Virus genome (UHGV): UHGV-1374413
Strand: one strand, 5' to 3'
Source of the DNA: a virus
DNA: 45,179 nucleotides
Of the stretch, positions 29,594-38,850 are shown in pieces. Made by a program: the position numbers and the translations under genes. Positions within the stretch are counted from its first letter, which is position 1. The number at the start of each line of letters is the position of its first letter. The notes below the pieces were generated by a model. That model was not told the origin of the DNA and ran no database searches. It saw only the letters and a program-made list of their open reading frames with translations.

Positions 29594-29823
29594 TAATTGT
29601 TGACCTCCTTATATTTGTCTACAATTTTTGTGATTTCATGTGCATAATCATCAGGCGTTACTATATAGTCAACGTTTAAAATCTCATCAAACGCCTCTGC
29701 CTTCCTTTTCACTTCTGCCATATCATTGATGAGTTCATCACGTTGCTTACGGAAACTGTCACGTTCACTTGCAATATGATTTGTTAACATCGTTGATATT
29801 GTTTCTCTATCTCTGGTATACAT
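29593..29823 (-). CDS. Hypothetical coiled-coil protein
   Basis: 76 aa ORF. Confidence 0.5.
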   Translation of the reverse strand: MYTRDRETISTMLTNHIASERDSFRKQRDELINDMAEVKRKAEAFDEILNVDYIVTPDDYAHEITKIVDKYKEVNN

Positions 29824-29824
29824 T

Positions 29825-30073
29825 TAATCGCCCTCCCAACCGTCTTGCCAGTTAAACACTCTAGTTATTTGAAACATAATATTTTGTATGCCACTTAAAA
29901 TTTCGTCATCAATATCGATATTACTTTCAAACAATCTATATTCTTCTGTATTACTACCTTCAAAAACCGCACTAGAAAAACCATCTCTAATACATTGAAA
30001 TTTAAAATCATAACCATCATATTTAACATGGCATTCTAATTCGTCATTGTCGTTTTTTGTATATTTTTATCAT
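29825..30073 (-). pseudogene. Small gene (~82 aa) interrupted by a frameshift in an A6 run (or sequencing error/programmed shift)
   Basis: Strong RBS AACAGGGAGTG and an ATG at 30073 give MIKIYKKRQ*. The +1 frame continues as NDNDELECHVKYDGYDFKF...WQDGWEGD to a stop coupled (TAAaATG) to the next gene. Deleting one A restores a single ORF. Confidence 0.35.
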
Positions 30074-30091
30074 CTAAAACACTCCCTGTTC

Positions 30092-30271
30092 TTATTGATT
30101 TGGTAGTCCATTACTCATTACTTCGTCATACGCTATATCGTCATTTAATTCATCTATCAAATCGCTTATCTCTTTATGCGTCATTGCTTTTATTTCTTTG
30201 CGACTGTAATCAGTAAGTGAAGTTTGATTTTGTAAACTGTCAACATACTCAACTTGTTTATCTGTTGCCAT
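30092..30271 (-). CDS. Small acidic hypothetical protein (59 aa) not in the ORF track
   Basis: MATDKQVEYVDSLQNQTSLTDYSRKEIKAMTHKEISDLIDELNDDIAYDEVMSNGLPNQ. The same AGGGAGTGT RBS context as the neighbouring gene. Confidence 0.4.
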   Translation of the reverse strand: MATDKQVEYVDSLQNQTSLTDYSRKEIKAMTHKEISDLIDELNDDIAYDEVMSNGLPNQ

Positions 30272-30467
30272 TCCTTACACACTCCCTGTTCATATCCTTA
30301 CTTTCTGTCGGCACTCGCATTGTTACATGTACATTCGTCATACGAATAACAAAACCTTCAATACCCATAGCCTTTAGTTCGTGCTGCACTTCGGTAGGCG
30401 ATTTACCTTTTGTTTGATATTTATACGTTTGTTTTACTGTTTTATTTAACTCAAAAATATTGGTCAT
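30258..30467 (-). CDS. Hypothetical protein
   Basis: The ORF track gives 30258..30485. An internal ATG (MTNIFELNK) overlaps the upstream stop as ATGA. Confidence 0.5.
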   Translation of the reverse strand: MTNIFELNKTVKQTYKYQTKGKSPTEVQHELKAMGIEGFVIRMTNVHVTMRVPTESKDMNRECVRNGNR

Positions 30468-30928
30468 GAGACTAACTCCTCGCATATCTCATCAAACGTT
30501 TGGATACCTCTGCCGTCAGTGATATCCATAATTACGCCATACACATATTGGTTTATGCTAAATTCAAATCTGTCACTCTCTTTAGGTATGTGATCGTTGC
30601 CCTGTCTAATGTCAGTGCATTGGACGTAAATCTTAATATCCTTCTCACTAGCTTTTTTAAGATGCTGCGCGTACCCCATTTCGCAAATCGTACCCTGTGC
30701 ATGTGGTAAGTAATCGAATATCATTACATCGCTTGTTTCCATGCCTAGTGTGTCGTTGAACACAATTCTCTCTGCCAGTTTATCTTGATTAGCATTCGCT
30801 TTGTCATTGATATCCTTATCGTCGTGTGGTGCGTAGACTTTAAAACCTAATCGTTGTAACTCTTGTTTCTCCCACTCACGACGCATTTGTTGTCCTATAC
30901 TTAGCATGTCGCCACCTAAATAGATCAT
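30464..30928 (-). CDS. Nucleoside 2-deoxyribosyltransferase-family protein
   Basis: N-terminal MIYLGGDM (glycine-rich nucleotide-binding loop of the NDT fold) with RBS GGGAGGACC. Acidic catalytic-type residues downstream. Confidence 0.55.
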   Translation of the reverse strand: MIYLGGDMLSIGQQMRREWEKQELQRLGFKVYAPHDDKDINDKANANQDKLAERIVFNDTLGMETSDVMIFDYLPHAQGTICEMGYAQHLKKASEKDIKIYVQCTDIRQGNDHIPKESDRFEFSINQYVYGVIMDITDGRGIQTFDEICEELVS

Positions 30929-31560
30929 TGTTGGTCCTCCCACTTCTCAAATGCACGATGTCTGTACCATTTGTAACCTCTGTGTTGAGAATACTCTCCT
31001 CTTAAGCAAGCGCTTATAGCACCTTGATGGAAACCATTCCTACCAGCTTCTCTTGCTGATTCAAAATACACAGCATCTCCAGTTTTTATATTGATTCCTT
31101 TTATAGGTATACTTCTTGTTTTAGCGCTATTTTTAATTGCTACCTTAAATTTTTCACTATCATAATATCCCGATAGCATTCTTGTTTTCACTCTGCGTTC
31201 ATGTAAATTGTTATAACCATAATTTTCTGATAAAGTTGCCCACTCTAAATTTTCAAAATAATTATTCATTTTATTTTCATCGATATGATTTACTTGAGGT
31301 TTATTTTTAGGATTAGGAATAAAAGCTTGAGCTACCAATCTATGAACTAACTTGTTATCTTGCTTTGCTCCTTTATATTTACGTAACCCTACTGTTGAAT
31401 ATAAACCAGCTGTATTAATACTCATTTTTCTGTTTATGTTGTAAGACCAAACATTTCCATAATTGCTGATCGCATAATTTTCATAACCGTCTATCACTTT
31501 CCAAACTTCAACCTTCCCATTTATCGAATAATCTTTGCACATAGTATTTTGCTTTACCAA
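30925..31560 (-). CDS. HNH homing-type endonuclease (NUMOD4 + HNH_3-like)
   Basis: 211 aa. NYGNVWS (NUMOD4-like) and KLVHRLVAQAFIPNPKNKPQVNHIDENKMNN (HNH_3). TTG start after AAGGAGGG. Overlaps the 3' end of the upstream gene in another frame. Confidence 0.7.
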   Translation of the reverse strand: MVKQNTMCKDYSINGKVEVWKVIDGYENYAISNYGNVWSYNINRKMSINTAGLYSTVGLRKYKGAKQDNKLVHRLVAQAFIPNPKNKPQVNHIDENKMNNYFENLEWATLSENYGYNNLHERRVKTRMLSGYYDSEKFKVAIKNSAKTRSIPIKGINIKTGDAVYFESAREAGRNGFHQGAISACLRGEYSQHRGYKWYRHRAFEKWEDQQ

Positions 31561-31753
31561 TGTCTTCTTGCCCTCCTTTTTGTGTCGCTCTACTTAGATA
31601 CTTAATTGCATTAAATACATAAGGTGATAATTCTGGTGGATATGTTTTACACACTTGGTCACAATAATCTACAACTTCAACATCGCCATACGTGTAATGT
31701 GGTGGTTCATTCACCATATCTACTTTTTTATTACTGATAATCGTCATTTTCAT
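31508..31753 (-). CDS. Hypothetical phage protein
   Basis: 81 aa ORF, PPHYTYGDVEVVDY motif. Confidence 0.5.
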   Translation of the reverse strand: MKMTIISNKKVDMVNEPPHYTYGDVEVVDYCDQVCKTYPPELSPYVFNAIKYLSRATQKGGQEDIGKAKYYVQRLFDKWEG

Positions 31754-31936
31754 CTACACCTTTACTATGTCGTATCTATCATCAATCTTTACTAACTCAC
31801 TACCAACGCGAACCATAAGATAAGGTTCACCATTAAAGTTATAATTCAATTCTTCCACAACTGCTGGGAATGATGTTTTAGCTTTAGGATATTTAAACCA
31901 AATGTCATCTCCTGGATTTAATTCATGTAATTCCAT
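31754..31936 (-). CDS. Hypothetical protein
   Basis: Internal start MELHELNPGDD, with RBS AGAGGGGG, is preferred over the track start. Confidence 0.45.
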   Translation of the reverse strand: MELHELNPGDDIWFKYPKAKTSFPAVVEELNYNFNGEPYLMVRVGSELVKIDDRYDIVKV

Positions 31937-31940
31937 TCCG

Positions 31941-32213
31941 CTACCCCCTCTGAACATTGCCGTATTGATCTGTTTTGACTTTAACCATAAGATTGTTTTG
32001 TACTAGATTTTTAAAGTATCTAGTGTTAACTCTGTGCTTAGCAACTTCACGCTCTGCACGTTTAGCCCTAGCAATACGTTCTTCTCTACGTTTGCGTTTT
32101 AAGGCTCTTTCATGTCTAATCTCAGCTTGCTGTATCTCATACAACTGCTTAGCTGTTAATTGCTTTTCATTTCTTTCGTACGTCTGCACCATATTCATAT
32201 ACTCCCTTGCCAT
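31941..32213 (-). CDS. Hypothetical basic protein
   Basis: 90 aa ORF, Arg/Lys-rich helical. Confidence 0.45.
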   Translation of the reverse strand: MAREYMNMVQTYERNEKQLTAKQLYEIQQAEIRHERALKRKRREERIARAKRAEREVAKHRVNTRYFKNLVQNNLMVKVKTDQYGNVQRG

Positions 32214-32337
32214 GTATTAATTCTGGACCACGCAAACCTTCTTTATATCTCTTACGAACTGTGCTATCTGATACATCAAAGTATTTATAAACGTCACATA
32301 ACCGATAACGTTTACCGTTTATATTCACTTTTGGCAT
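32167..32337 (-). CDS. Small hypothetical protein
   Basis: The track ORF 32167..32463 trimmed to internal MPKVNINGKRYRL, with RBS GGAAGTGA, to avoid a 120-nt overlap. Confidence 0.4.
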   Translation of the reverse strand: MPKVNINGKRYRLCDVYKYFDVSDSTVRKRYKEGLRGPELIHGKGVYEYGADVRKK

Positions 32338-32341
32338 GGTG

Positions 32342-32536
32342 TCACTTCCAATCTGCGTAACTGACACTAACGTCAGTAATGTTTTTAATATTATCGAGTA
32401 AATTGTCAGGATCATTTTTATATCTATTAGAGTAATGTTCAATGTAGTTTTCTCTATCTGCATGTTTGTTTATCCAAATAGGTTGCTCTACTTCAACTGT
32501 TAGGTCGAATGTGAGTTTTAGTGTTTCTTCCTGCAT
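32342..32536 (-). CDS. Hypothetical protein
   Basis: 64 aa, TAATG coupling to the rusA stop. Confidence 0.45.
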   Translation of the reverse strand: MQEETLKLTFDLTVEVEQPIWINKHADRENYIEHYSNRYKNDPDNLLDNIKNITDVSVSYADWK

Positions 32537-32967
32537 TACACTTCCTCCACTTCTAAAATAATTTTTGGTTCCTCTGCATATTGCTTAAAACTGTGTATTT
32601 CAACGATTTGATTATCGTCTTTCCATAGGTGATCGTTTGCTGCATCTAACACAGTTTTGATTAAATTATCTATATCTGGTTTAGTACGTTTGTACTGACC
32701 TATCGCTATCAGTTTCTGTTTTTTCGACCAACTCTTAGGTGGTTTAAAATAAAAATAAAGCGACACCTTAAGTTGTGTATTCAACATCTTTTTAGGTAAC
32801 TGGCTCTGTATAAACTTCTTATGCGCCGTATATGACGTTGGCATGTACGTTTGAACAAATCTACCTGTATTTCTGAAACGTGGACGAGGCGAGCCAATAG
32901 GTGCCTCATACGTTTCGTTAAAGTTGATTTCTATCTGCACGTTGTCACTCCTAGAACAAGAATTCAT
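32536..32967 (-). CDS. rusA: Holliday junction resolvase RusA
   Basis: 143 aa. RusA catalytic-region motif PDIDNLIKTVLDA and overall size. Confidence 0.75.
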   Translation of the reverse strand: MNSCSRSDNVQIEINFNETYEAPIGSPRPRFRNTGRFVQTYMPTSYTAHKKFIQSQLPKKMLNTQLKVSLYFYFKPPKSWSKKQKLIAIGQYKRTKPDIDNLIKTVLDAANDHLWKDDNQIVEIHSFKQYAEEPKIILEVEEV

Positions 32968-33193
32968 CTATTGTTGTCTGCTGTTGTAATTCTTCTTTTC
33001 TAAATAATTTATGTTTTCGTTTCATCTTTGCTAACTCATCTTTAGTTACAGATGCTTTAAAATGCTTATCACTCATTCCACCTTTATTAGCAAGATAGAA
33101 AGTACCGTCATCTCTAGGCAGAACCCTAAGCATTTCCCAACCGTCGCTTTCATATAGGCTATATGCGTTAGGTTGATTTTCTATAAGTCCCAT
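32951..33193 (-). CDS. Hypothetical protein
   Basis: The track ORF trimmed to MGLIENQ with RBS GGAGG. Confidence 0.4.
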   Translation of the reverse strand: MGLIENQPNAYSLYESDGWEMLRVLPRDDGTFYLANKGGMSDKHFKASVTKDELAKMKRKHKLFRKEELQQQTTIDEFLF

Positions 33194-33392
33194 CGCTTTG
33201 CCTCCACTTTGTTTCATCTAATATTTTTGATTTAACATTATCGAAGTCATCAAAAAATGTTATTTCTTCGCTTTTTAATAATCTGTCTACTGCCCAACCC
33301 ATTTCTAAAATGCTTTTTTGAATGATTGGGTCATCTTTGTAATCGTTACGGTACAAGTCGCCTAACAACGTTTGTAATTCTGCAATAATCAT
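33168..33392 (-). CDS. Hypothetical protein
   Basis: 74 aa ORF directly downstream of the helicase gene. Confidence 0.45.
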   Translation of the reverse strand: MIIAELQTLLGDLYRNDYKDDPIIQKSILEMGWAVDRLLKSEEITFFDDFDNVKSKILDETKWRQSDGTYRKST

Positions 33393-34639
33393 TAGTAAAA
33401 CCTCTGCGTCTTTTTATAAAATTCGAGTTCAACGACACCCGTCTCGCCGTCTTTGTTTTTAGCGACGTTTAACTCAATATCTGATTTGCCAGTTTCATCA
33501 TCTGCAAGTTCACGATTATAGTAATCATCTCGGTAAAGCATGAATATCATGTTTGCATCTTGCTCAATGCCTCCAGCCTCTCTCAAGTCAGACATCATAG
33601 GGCGTTTGTCTTGCCTACTTTCAACACCCCTGCTTAATTGTGATAGTGCGATAATTAGGCAACCTGTTTCTTTTGCGATAATTTTTAAATCACGACTGAT
33701 TTTTTCAACTTCTAAGCGTCTATCTTTTTGTGGTAAGTCAGTTTTCATTAACTGCAAATAGTCGATACATATAATTTGTGGTTTATCGCTATCTCGCATT
33801 GCAATTTCTCTAACATCTTGTGGTGTGATTTGAGCGTGATCTTCAATTCTAAAGTTGCTATGTTGTTTAATGTCGTTGATTGCTGACATTATTCTTTCAA
33901 CTTCATCATCATTTAGCCCATCTGACTTTTTAATCTTATAAAGTGGCACACCAGATATCGCAGACGTTAGACGTTCAACAATGTTGTTACCTCCAGTTTC
34001 TAAACTGAAGAAGGTAGTCGGATACCCCTGTTGTGTCAGGTTCCAAATCATATTTAATGCTAGGGCAGTTTTGCCTGTACTAGGTCGCCCTGCAAGCACG
34101 TTTAATTGTCCTTCTTCAAAGCCATGTATCTTTTCATCTAACTTATTAAAGTTCGTCGTTATAAACGTCTTAGGCGTATCTGATAAGATGTTTTCCATAA
34201 CAGTTGTTAGAAATTGGTCTGTCGGGTTATCTTTCTCAATGTTTAACTCACTTAACCCTTTTAATTGGTCGATTAGATAAGTAAAATTCTCTTTTGTTGG
34301 TACTGATTGAAACTCGCTAACTTCGACCCTAGCCTTATTCAAAATGTAGTTGTTTAAGATATTTAGTTGATCCTGCATAAAAAACACTTTGTCTGTACCT
34401 TTAGAGTTATACAATTGGGTTAATACCTTAGTTGGTATAAATTCAGCATCTTCTCTGCTTTTGTAGTAAATCTCGTTTACATCTACTTTGCCTTGTTCAA
34501 GTACATACTCGATAAATTTTTGCGCAGTAACATCTGTAAACATTACAGGTTTGAGTTTTAACTTACTTAACAATTTAGGGTAGTTCATCAGATTTGAAAC
34601 AATAGAGTGTTCGGTTGATAAAACATCAATATTCTTCAT
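33392..34639 (-). CDS. Replicative DNA helicase (DnaB family)
   Basis: 415 aa. Walker A GRPSTGKTALALNMIWN, Walker B IICIDYLQLM, RecA-like C-terminal domain. Confidence 0.85.
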   Translation of the reverse strand: MKNIDVLSTEHSIVSNLMNYPKLLSKLKLKPVMFTDVTAQKFIEYVLEQGKVDVNEIYYKSREDAEFIPTKVLTQLYNSKGTDKVFFMQDQLNILNNYILNKARVEVSEFQSVPTKENFTYLIDQLKGLSELNIEKDNPTDQFLTTVMENILSDTPKTFITTNFNKLDEKIHGFEEGQLNVLAGRPSTGKTALALNMIWNLTQQGYPTTFFSLETGGNNIVERLTSAISGVPLYKIKKSDGLNDDEVERIMSAINDIKQHSNFRIEDHAQITPQDVREIAMRDSDKPQIICIDYLQLMKTDLPQKDRRLEVEKISRDLKIIAKETGCLIIALSQLSRGVESRQDKRPMMSDLREAGGIEQDANMIFMLYRDDYYNRELADDETGKSDIELNVAKNKDGETGVVELEFYKKTQRFY

Positions 34640-34988
34640 CTACAACACCCCATTCTTGTTTCATCTGCGCCCATTTTTTCTTACGTTCTTCATGACGTTT
34701 TTTGTATTCTGGGTCATGCTGTAATTTGTATGCTTTAGTTTGTTCTTTAGGTATCGTGTCAATCACTTTTGTTTTAGGTTTATAAGCTAATATGTCAGAT
34801 AAAGTAGGTTTATACTTCTTTTCTCTGATGTATTGCTCTGTTTTTAATAATGTCGGTTGATAGTCCCCGTATTTTATTAATAGGTGTAGCCATTCTTTCA
34901 AAACTTGTTCGTCACTATCGAACTTCATATTGTAAATAGTATTGATTTTATTAAGAATGATTGCAGCCTCTTTTTTAGTCATAGGCAT
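34626..34988 (-). CDS. Hypothetical protein of the replication module
   Basis: 120 aa, basic C-terminus, between the replisome organizer and the helicase. Confidence 0.45.
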   Translation of the reverse strand: MPMTKKEAAIILNKINTIYNMKFDSDEQVLKEWLHLLIKYGDYQPTLLKTEQYIREKKYKPTLSDILAYKPKTKVIDTIPKEQTKAYKLQHDPEYKKRHEERKKKWAQMKQEWGVVDEEY

Positions 34989-34994
34989 TTGTTA

Positions 34995-35789
34995 TCACTC
35001 CTCGTTCAATATGTCGTCTAGTAAAGTTCCTTTTACTTGTTGTTTAGGTTTTACTTTGTTTTGAGCATCTTCTTTAGTTTTCACATTTTCTTTAGCCCAA
35101 TTATTTAAAACTTGAATTAAATAACCAACATGACACCCTTTTTCTTTCGTGTAATCAGTAGCAATTTCGATAACCTCATCAGCATGTTCCCCTATATCGT
35201 CGACTGCATATCCTATCTGTTCCATTTGATAAGGGGTTAAGTTATTATCTAAAAATGTGATTACATAATTAATTGCTTTTGAGAAGACGTCGTTACTTCT
35301 ATCTTCTCTATTCTTATTCTTATATTCTTCTTCTCTTTCTTCTTCTTCTTCTGTATCGTTACGTAACGTTACGGTAACGTTATTTCCTATTTGGTTTTGT
35401 TTTTGTCGTTCTCTATATCGTTGTTGTCGAAGTCTATTCTTTTCGTTATGCTTACTTTTACTATCTAAACTTTGATGTTTCTCCCAATTTTTAACTTTGT
35501 ATGCACCTCTGACTTCTTCTACCATTCCTAATTCTTCAAAAGTTCTCATTGCTAATCTGATTGAATTAATAGGTCGATTGAATTCATTAGCTAACATTTC
35601 ATCGTTGTAAGGTAAGTTTTCTGATAGCATGATGTAACCTTGTTCATTGTATTTACCAGCAAGAGTTAGCAACTTAACCCAAACGGTTATGATTGTGTCA
35701 CGCTCTGGTAATGCCTCTATATATTTAATTTTGCTATCATCAAACATTCCGACTTTTAATTTTATCCATGATACTTCAGCCAATATCAC
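34995..35789 (-). CDS. Replisome organizer / replication initiation protein (phage Rep N-terminal + DnaD-like C-terminal domains), with internal origin iterons
   Basis: 264 aa. Central acidic EEEEEREEE linker. The DNA inside the gene carries a polypyrimidine tract and GTTACGTAAC-type repeats. Confidence 0.7.
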   Translation of the reverse strand: MILAEVSWIKLKVGMFDDSKIKYIEALPERDTIITVWVKLLTLAGKYNEQGYIMLSENLPYNDEMLANEFNRPINSIRLAMRTFEELGMVEEVRGAYKVKNWEKHQSLDSKSKHNEKNRLRQQRYRERQKQNQIGNNVTVTLRNDTEEEEEREEEYKNKNREDRSNDVFSKAINYVITFLDNNLTPYQMEQIGYAVDDIGEHADEVIEIATDYTKEKGCHVGYLIQVLNNWAKENVKTKEDAQNKVKPKQQVKGTLLDDILNEE

Positions 35790-36453
35790 TACCTCCTTTA
35801 AGCATATTATTTAGTCGATCGTCCACATCAACCCAGCTATCTGTTAAGTGATATTTTTGATTGAATGTGTCCATTCCTATCTGGTGCTGTTCTGTGTGGT
35901 GGTTCCTGCACAACGCTAATACTTGGTTACCTACATGATTTATCTTGTTACGATTTCGACCTTTACCTACTGCGTATCGATGCGCTAAGTCAGAATGTGG
36001 TTTCCCACAAATTACACAGTTGCGATTGACCGTTGACCAATATAGAAATGCTTTATCATTTTTAAGTAAGTCGCTTGTTTTATAGTTGAGTGGGATATTG
36101 TTATGAAACACCCAGTCGAGAATGACTTCGATTAATTGTCTAGCTTGTCCTCTTGAACAATTACTTAATGACAAGCGTTTATCATAGCCATTTAGAAACG
36201 TTATATAATCTTGGAACATTTCCCTCATGTATTCTCTGGGCTGTCCTGTATAAGCCTCTATATCGTTACAGAGAGCAAACACTTTCCGTCGTTGCTTATC
36301 AGTAATTAGGAATGGATCAATAGCTTTAACTTCACATTCAACTTCCAGTCCGTTATCCAGTAATAACGATGTTTTGTTATCTATATCTACATCCTCAATG
36401 ACAACGGTAGTTGTACCGTCATCTTGAGTAATGTAATTTTTAATAATTGGCAC
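35776..36453 (-). CDS. HNH-like nuclease domain protein (Cys/His-rich)
   Basis: 225 aa. CVICGKPHSDLAHRYAVGKGRNRNKINHVGNQVLALCRNHHTEQH. Confidence 0.5.
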   Translation of the reverse strand: MPIIKNYITQDDGTTTVVIEDVDIDNKTSLLLDNGLEVECEVKAIDPFLITDKQRRKVFALCNDIEAYTGQPREYMREMFQDYITFLNGYDKRLSLSNCSRGQARQLIEVILDWVFHNNIPLNYKTSDLLKNDKAFLYWSTVNRNCVICGKPHSDLAHRYAVGKGRNRNKINHVGNQVLALCRNHHTEQHQIGMDTFNQKYHLTDSWVDVDDRLNNMLKGGSDIG

Positions 36454-36467
36454 TTAAATCACTCCGA

Positions 36468-36896
36468 TTAGAATGGAAGGTCATCATCACTAATATCAAT
36501 TGGACCATTAGCATTTGCAAATGGATTATTTCCTGTTGGTGCTTGACCTTTTTGTTGTTGAGGTTGGTTGTTTTGTTGATTGTTATTCTTTGGTTCTAAA
36601 AATTGAACGCTGTCAGCCACGACTTCCGTTACATATACACGTTGGCCGTCTTTTTCATAACTGCGCGTCTGAATACGACCATCTACTCCAGCAAGTTGTC
36701 CTTTTGATAGATAATTATTTACGTTTTCCGCTTGTCGTCTGAAAGCTACTACGTTTATAAAATCAGCCTCTTGTTCGCCATTTTTATTTTTATACGGTCT
36801 ATTTACTGCTAATGTAAATTTTGCATTCGCTACATTACCTTCATTAAAGTTTGGATCTTTCGTTAATCTACCTACTAAAACTACTCTGTTTATCAT
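36468..36896 (-). CDS. ssb: Single-stranded DNA-binding protein
   Basis: 142 aa, OB-fold N-terminus, Q/N-rich linker, acidic C-terminal tail DISDDDLPF. Confidence 0.9.
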   Translation of the reverse strand: MINRVVLVGRLTKDPNFNEGNVANAKFTLAVNRPYKNKNGEQEADFINVVAFRRQAENVNNYLSKGQLAGVDGRIQTRSYEKDGQRVYVTEVVADSVQFLEPKNNNQQNNQPQQQKGQAPTGNNPFANANGPIDISDDDLPF

Positions 36897-37531
36897 TTGT
36901 CATTCTCCTTATCTAATTCTTTAGTTATGTCGTCTAATTTGTTATGTGCTTCAGCTATTTGCTTTTTGCTCAAATCGTTTATGTCAGAAATTTTTAACCA
37001 TCGTTTTGTTTTTTCTACTGATGAGTCTCCGCCTTTTTCATTTGCTAAATTTACAAATTCATTTATACGTTCCTCTAAAATTGTTATATCGTCATCGCTT
37101 CCACTCGGCGTTTCTTCGCCTAAATATAAATAGTTACCTAGTCCAAACTTAGCTGCACATTTAACCATGCATCGCTTAGTTGCTTTGTTAATATCAAATA
37201 TTGCGGTAGCACTTCCTACGGTTACCGGTTTGTTTCTAAAGTCTAATACTGGTAACCATTCACGCTTAGTTACTCCGAATACTGTTAATTCGACGCATAC
37301 CATGTAACCTTCGTTGGTTTTGAGATAGGGAACAAAAAAGTTTTCATTTGTGCTATCTGGATAAGGGAACTCGATTACTCTTTCGGTATAATTTGGATCT
37401 TCTTTAGTTAATTCTTGTTGTACATACGCCCACGATAAGTAATTCAAGTTTTGTTTTTTTTCAACATGCGCACTTACATCTCTACTGTTTAATTCTCTGA
37501 ACTTGTCTGAGAAGTTAGGTTGTTCAGCCAT
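36893..37531 (-). CDS. Putative single-strand annealing protein (Rad52/Sak-like)
   Basis: 212 aa, immediately upstream of and coupled to ssb, as is typical for phage recombinase/SSB pairs. No Walker motif. Confidence 0.45.
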   Translation of the reverse strand: MAEQPNFSDKFRELNSRDVSAHVEKKQNLNYLSWAYVQQELTKEDPNYTERVIEFPYPDSTNENFFVPYLKTNEGYMVCVELTVFGVTKREWLPVLDFRNKPVTVGSATAIFDINKATKRCMVKCAAKFGLGNYLYLGEETPSGSDDDITILEERINEFVNLANEKGGDSSVEKTKRWLKISDINDLSKKQIAEAHNKLDDITKELDKENDK

Positions 37532-37781
37532 CGTTTACCTCCTCCAAATCTTCAAAATTGTATACTTTACGTGTTTCTTTCGTTTCAATTCTCGATACTT
37601 CAATCAAGTGTTTGTCCCAATCTATATCTATTTCGTCTAAACCGTTGAATTTGCGAGCATTACTTCTTAAAGCGTTGTAATTAGCATATTCTTGAGCAGT
37701 AGGTTTATTAGTGATCCAACGTCCAAAGTGATTATCTTTAATGCGATACTCTACTTCACAATTTAATATTGGCTCTTGCAT
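37524..37781 (-). CDS. Hypothetical protein
   Basis: 85 aa ORF. Confidence 0.45.
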   Translation of the reverse strand: MQEPILNCEVEYRIKDNHFGRWITNKPTAQEYANYNALRSNARKFNGLDEIDIDWDKHLIEVSRIETKETRKVYNFEDLEEVNDG

Positions 37782-38007
37782 TCACGTACTCCCCCCATCG
37801 TTGGTCAGCCCTGTCTGCTCTAGCATCAGCGCTTTGGTACAATTCCATATAAAACTTGATGTCGTTTTGCAATTCTTCAATATGGTCCTGAGCAGTTTGA
37901 TACTGGCGTTCTAAAAATTTATAATCATTAGCAAGTAAAACTAAGTCGATACTGTCTTTACAATATTTGTTAAAATCCTTTTTACTTACCTCTATTGTTT
38001 CGGCCAT
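37756..38007 (-). CDS. Hypothetical coiled-coil protein
   Basis: 83 aa, RBS AAGGAGGT. Confidence 0.5.
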   Translation of the reverse strand: MAETIEVSKKDFNKYCKDSIDLVLLANDYKFLERQYQTAQDHIEELQNDIKFYMELYQSADARADRADQRWGEYVNARANIKL

Positions 38008-38089
38008 AGTTGACCTCCTTCGTGTATTTTGGTTAAATTAAATTGTGTGTTTTGGTTAAATTTTGACTGTTACTCATTGGCGTGGGTAT

Positions 38090-38260
38090 CAGTCTTTTTT
38101 TGTGTAGTAACATCGGTCGAAAAACAAAAATGTTACTGTTGATGCAACTATTGCAATCGCTACTGCATTAGTGATGAATACGCTCATCATCATTGATAAG
38201 AAGAATGTTACGTTAAACATCATTCCTGATATTAGAACTGTTTTATCGTTTGATTTCATA
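38090..38260 (-). CDS. Small membrane protein (56 aa) not in the ORF track
   Basis: MKSNDKTVLISGMMFNVTFFLSMMMSVFITNAVAIAIVASTVTFLFFDRCYYTQKKD. Confidence 0.35.
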
Positions 38261-38261
38261 T

Positions 38262-38579
38262 TTATCTCCCCTTTCCATAAATTTCTTCAAAATGTTCATC
38301 GATGAATTTATTCATCTTTCTTGCGTTGATTCTCCAACGATTCAAACTTTCATCTGGATAATGTACGATGCCTTGCTTTTTGAGTAATTTCTCAAATTTT
38401 GGGTGGGTTAATAATCTTTCTTTAATCGTGTCGTCAGCTGACATTTTGAGTTTCTTTTTCAATTCTTTTAAGTCCCAAACAGGATCAAGTGAGTAACTTA
38501 ATAGTTCTTCGTATTCATCTTTAGCGACCAATATGTGTGTGTCTGGTATTGGGACGGTTACGTTTAAAGTTTGCGTCAT
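38262..38579 (-). CDS. Hypothetical phage protein
   Basis: 105 aa ORF. Confidence 0.5.
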   Translation of the reverse strand: MTQTLNVTVPIPDTHILVAKDEYEELLSYSLDPVWDLKELKKKLKMSADDTIKERLLTHPKFEKLLKKQGIVHYPDESLNRWRINARKMNKFIDEHFEEIYGKGR

Positions 38580-38637
38580 CTTAGATACTCCTTTCGTGTA
38601 TAATGTTGTTATCCCTTAATGAAGGGAGGTGGATTGA

Positions 38638-38850
38638 ATGAAAGCTTTTATAAAATATTCTTCCGGAGATGAATCAATCGTCGAGAATTTCCAATATCTT
38701 CTTATGAGTTCTAATAGTGGTAATACTAAAGTTTCTAAAGAAGATGTATCTTCAAAAGTATTTTCTTCAGGTAAACGTTATACTTTTGTTGGTGATAGAA
38801 CAGTTAGTACTGTAAGTGCTGGAATTTCTTATATCGAATTCATCGACTAA
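38638..38850 (+). CDS. Opposite-strand small protein (70 aa) with its own strong promoter
   Basis: Extended -10 TGTATAAT at ~38597. RBS GGGAGGTG. Embedded among minus-strand early genes. Confidence 0.55.
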   Translation: MKAFIKYSSGDESIVENFQYLLMSSNSGNTKVSKEDVSSKVFSSGKRYTFVGDRTVSTVSAGISYIEFID

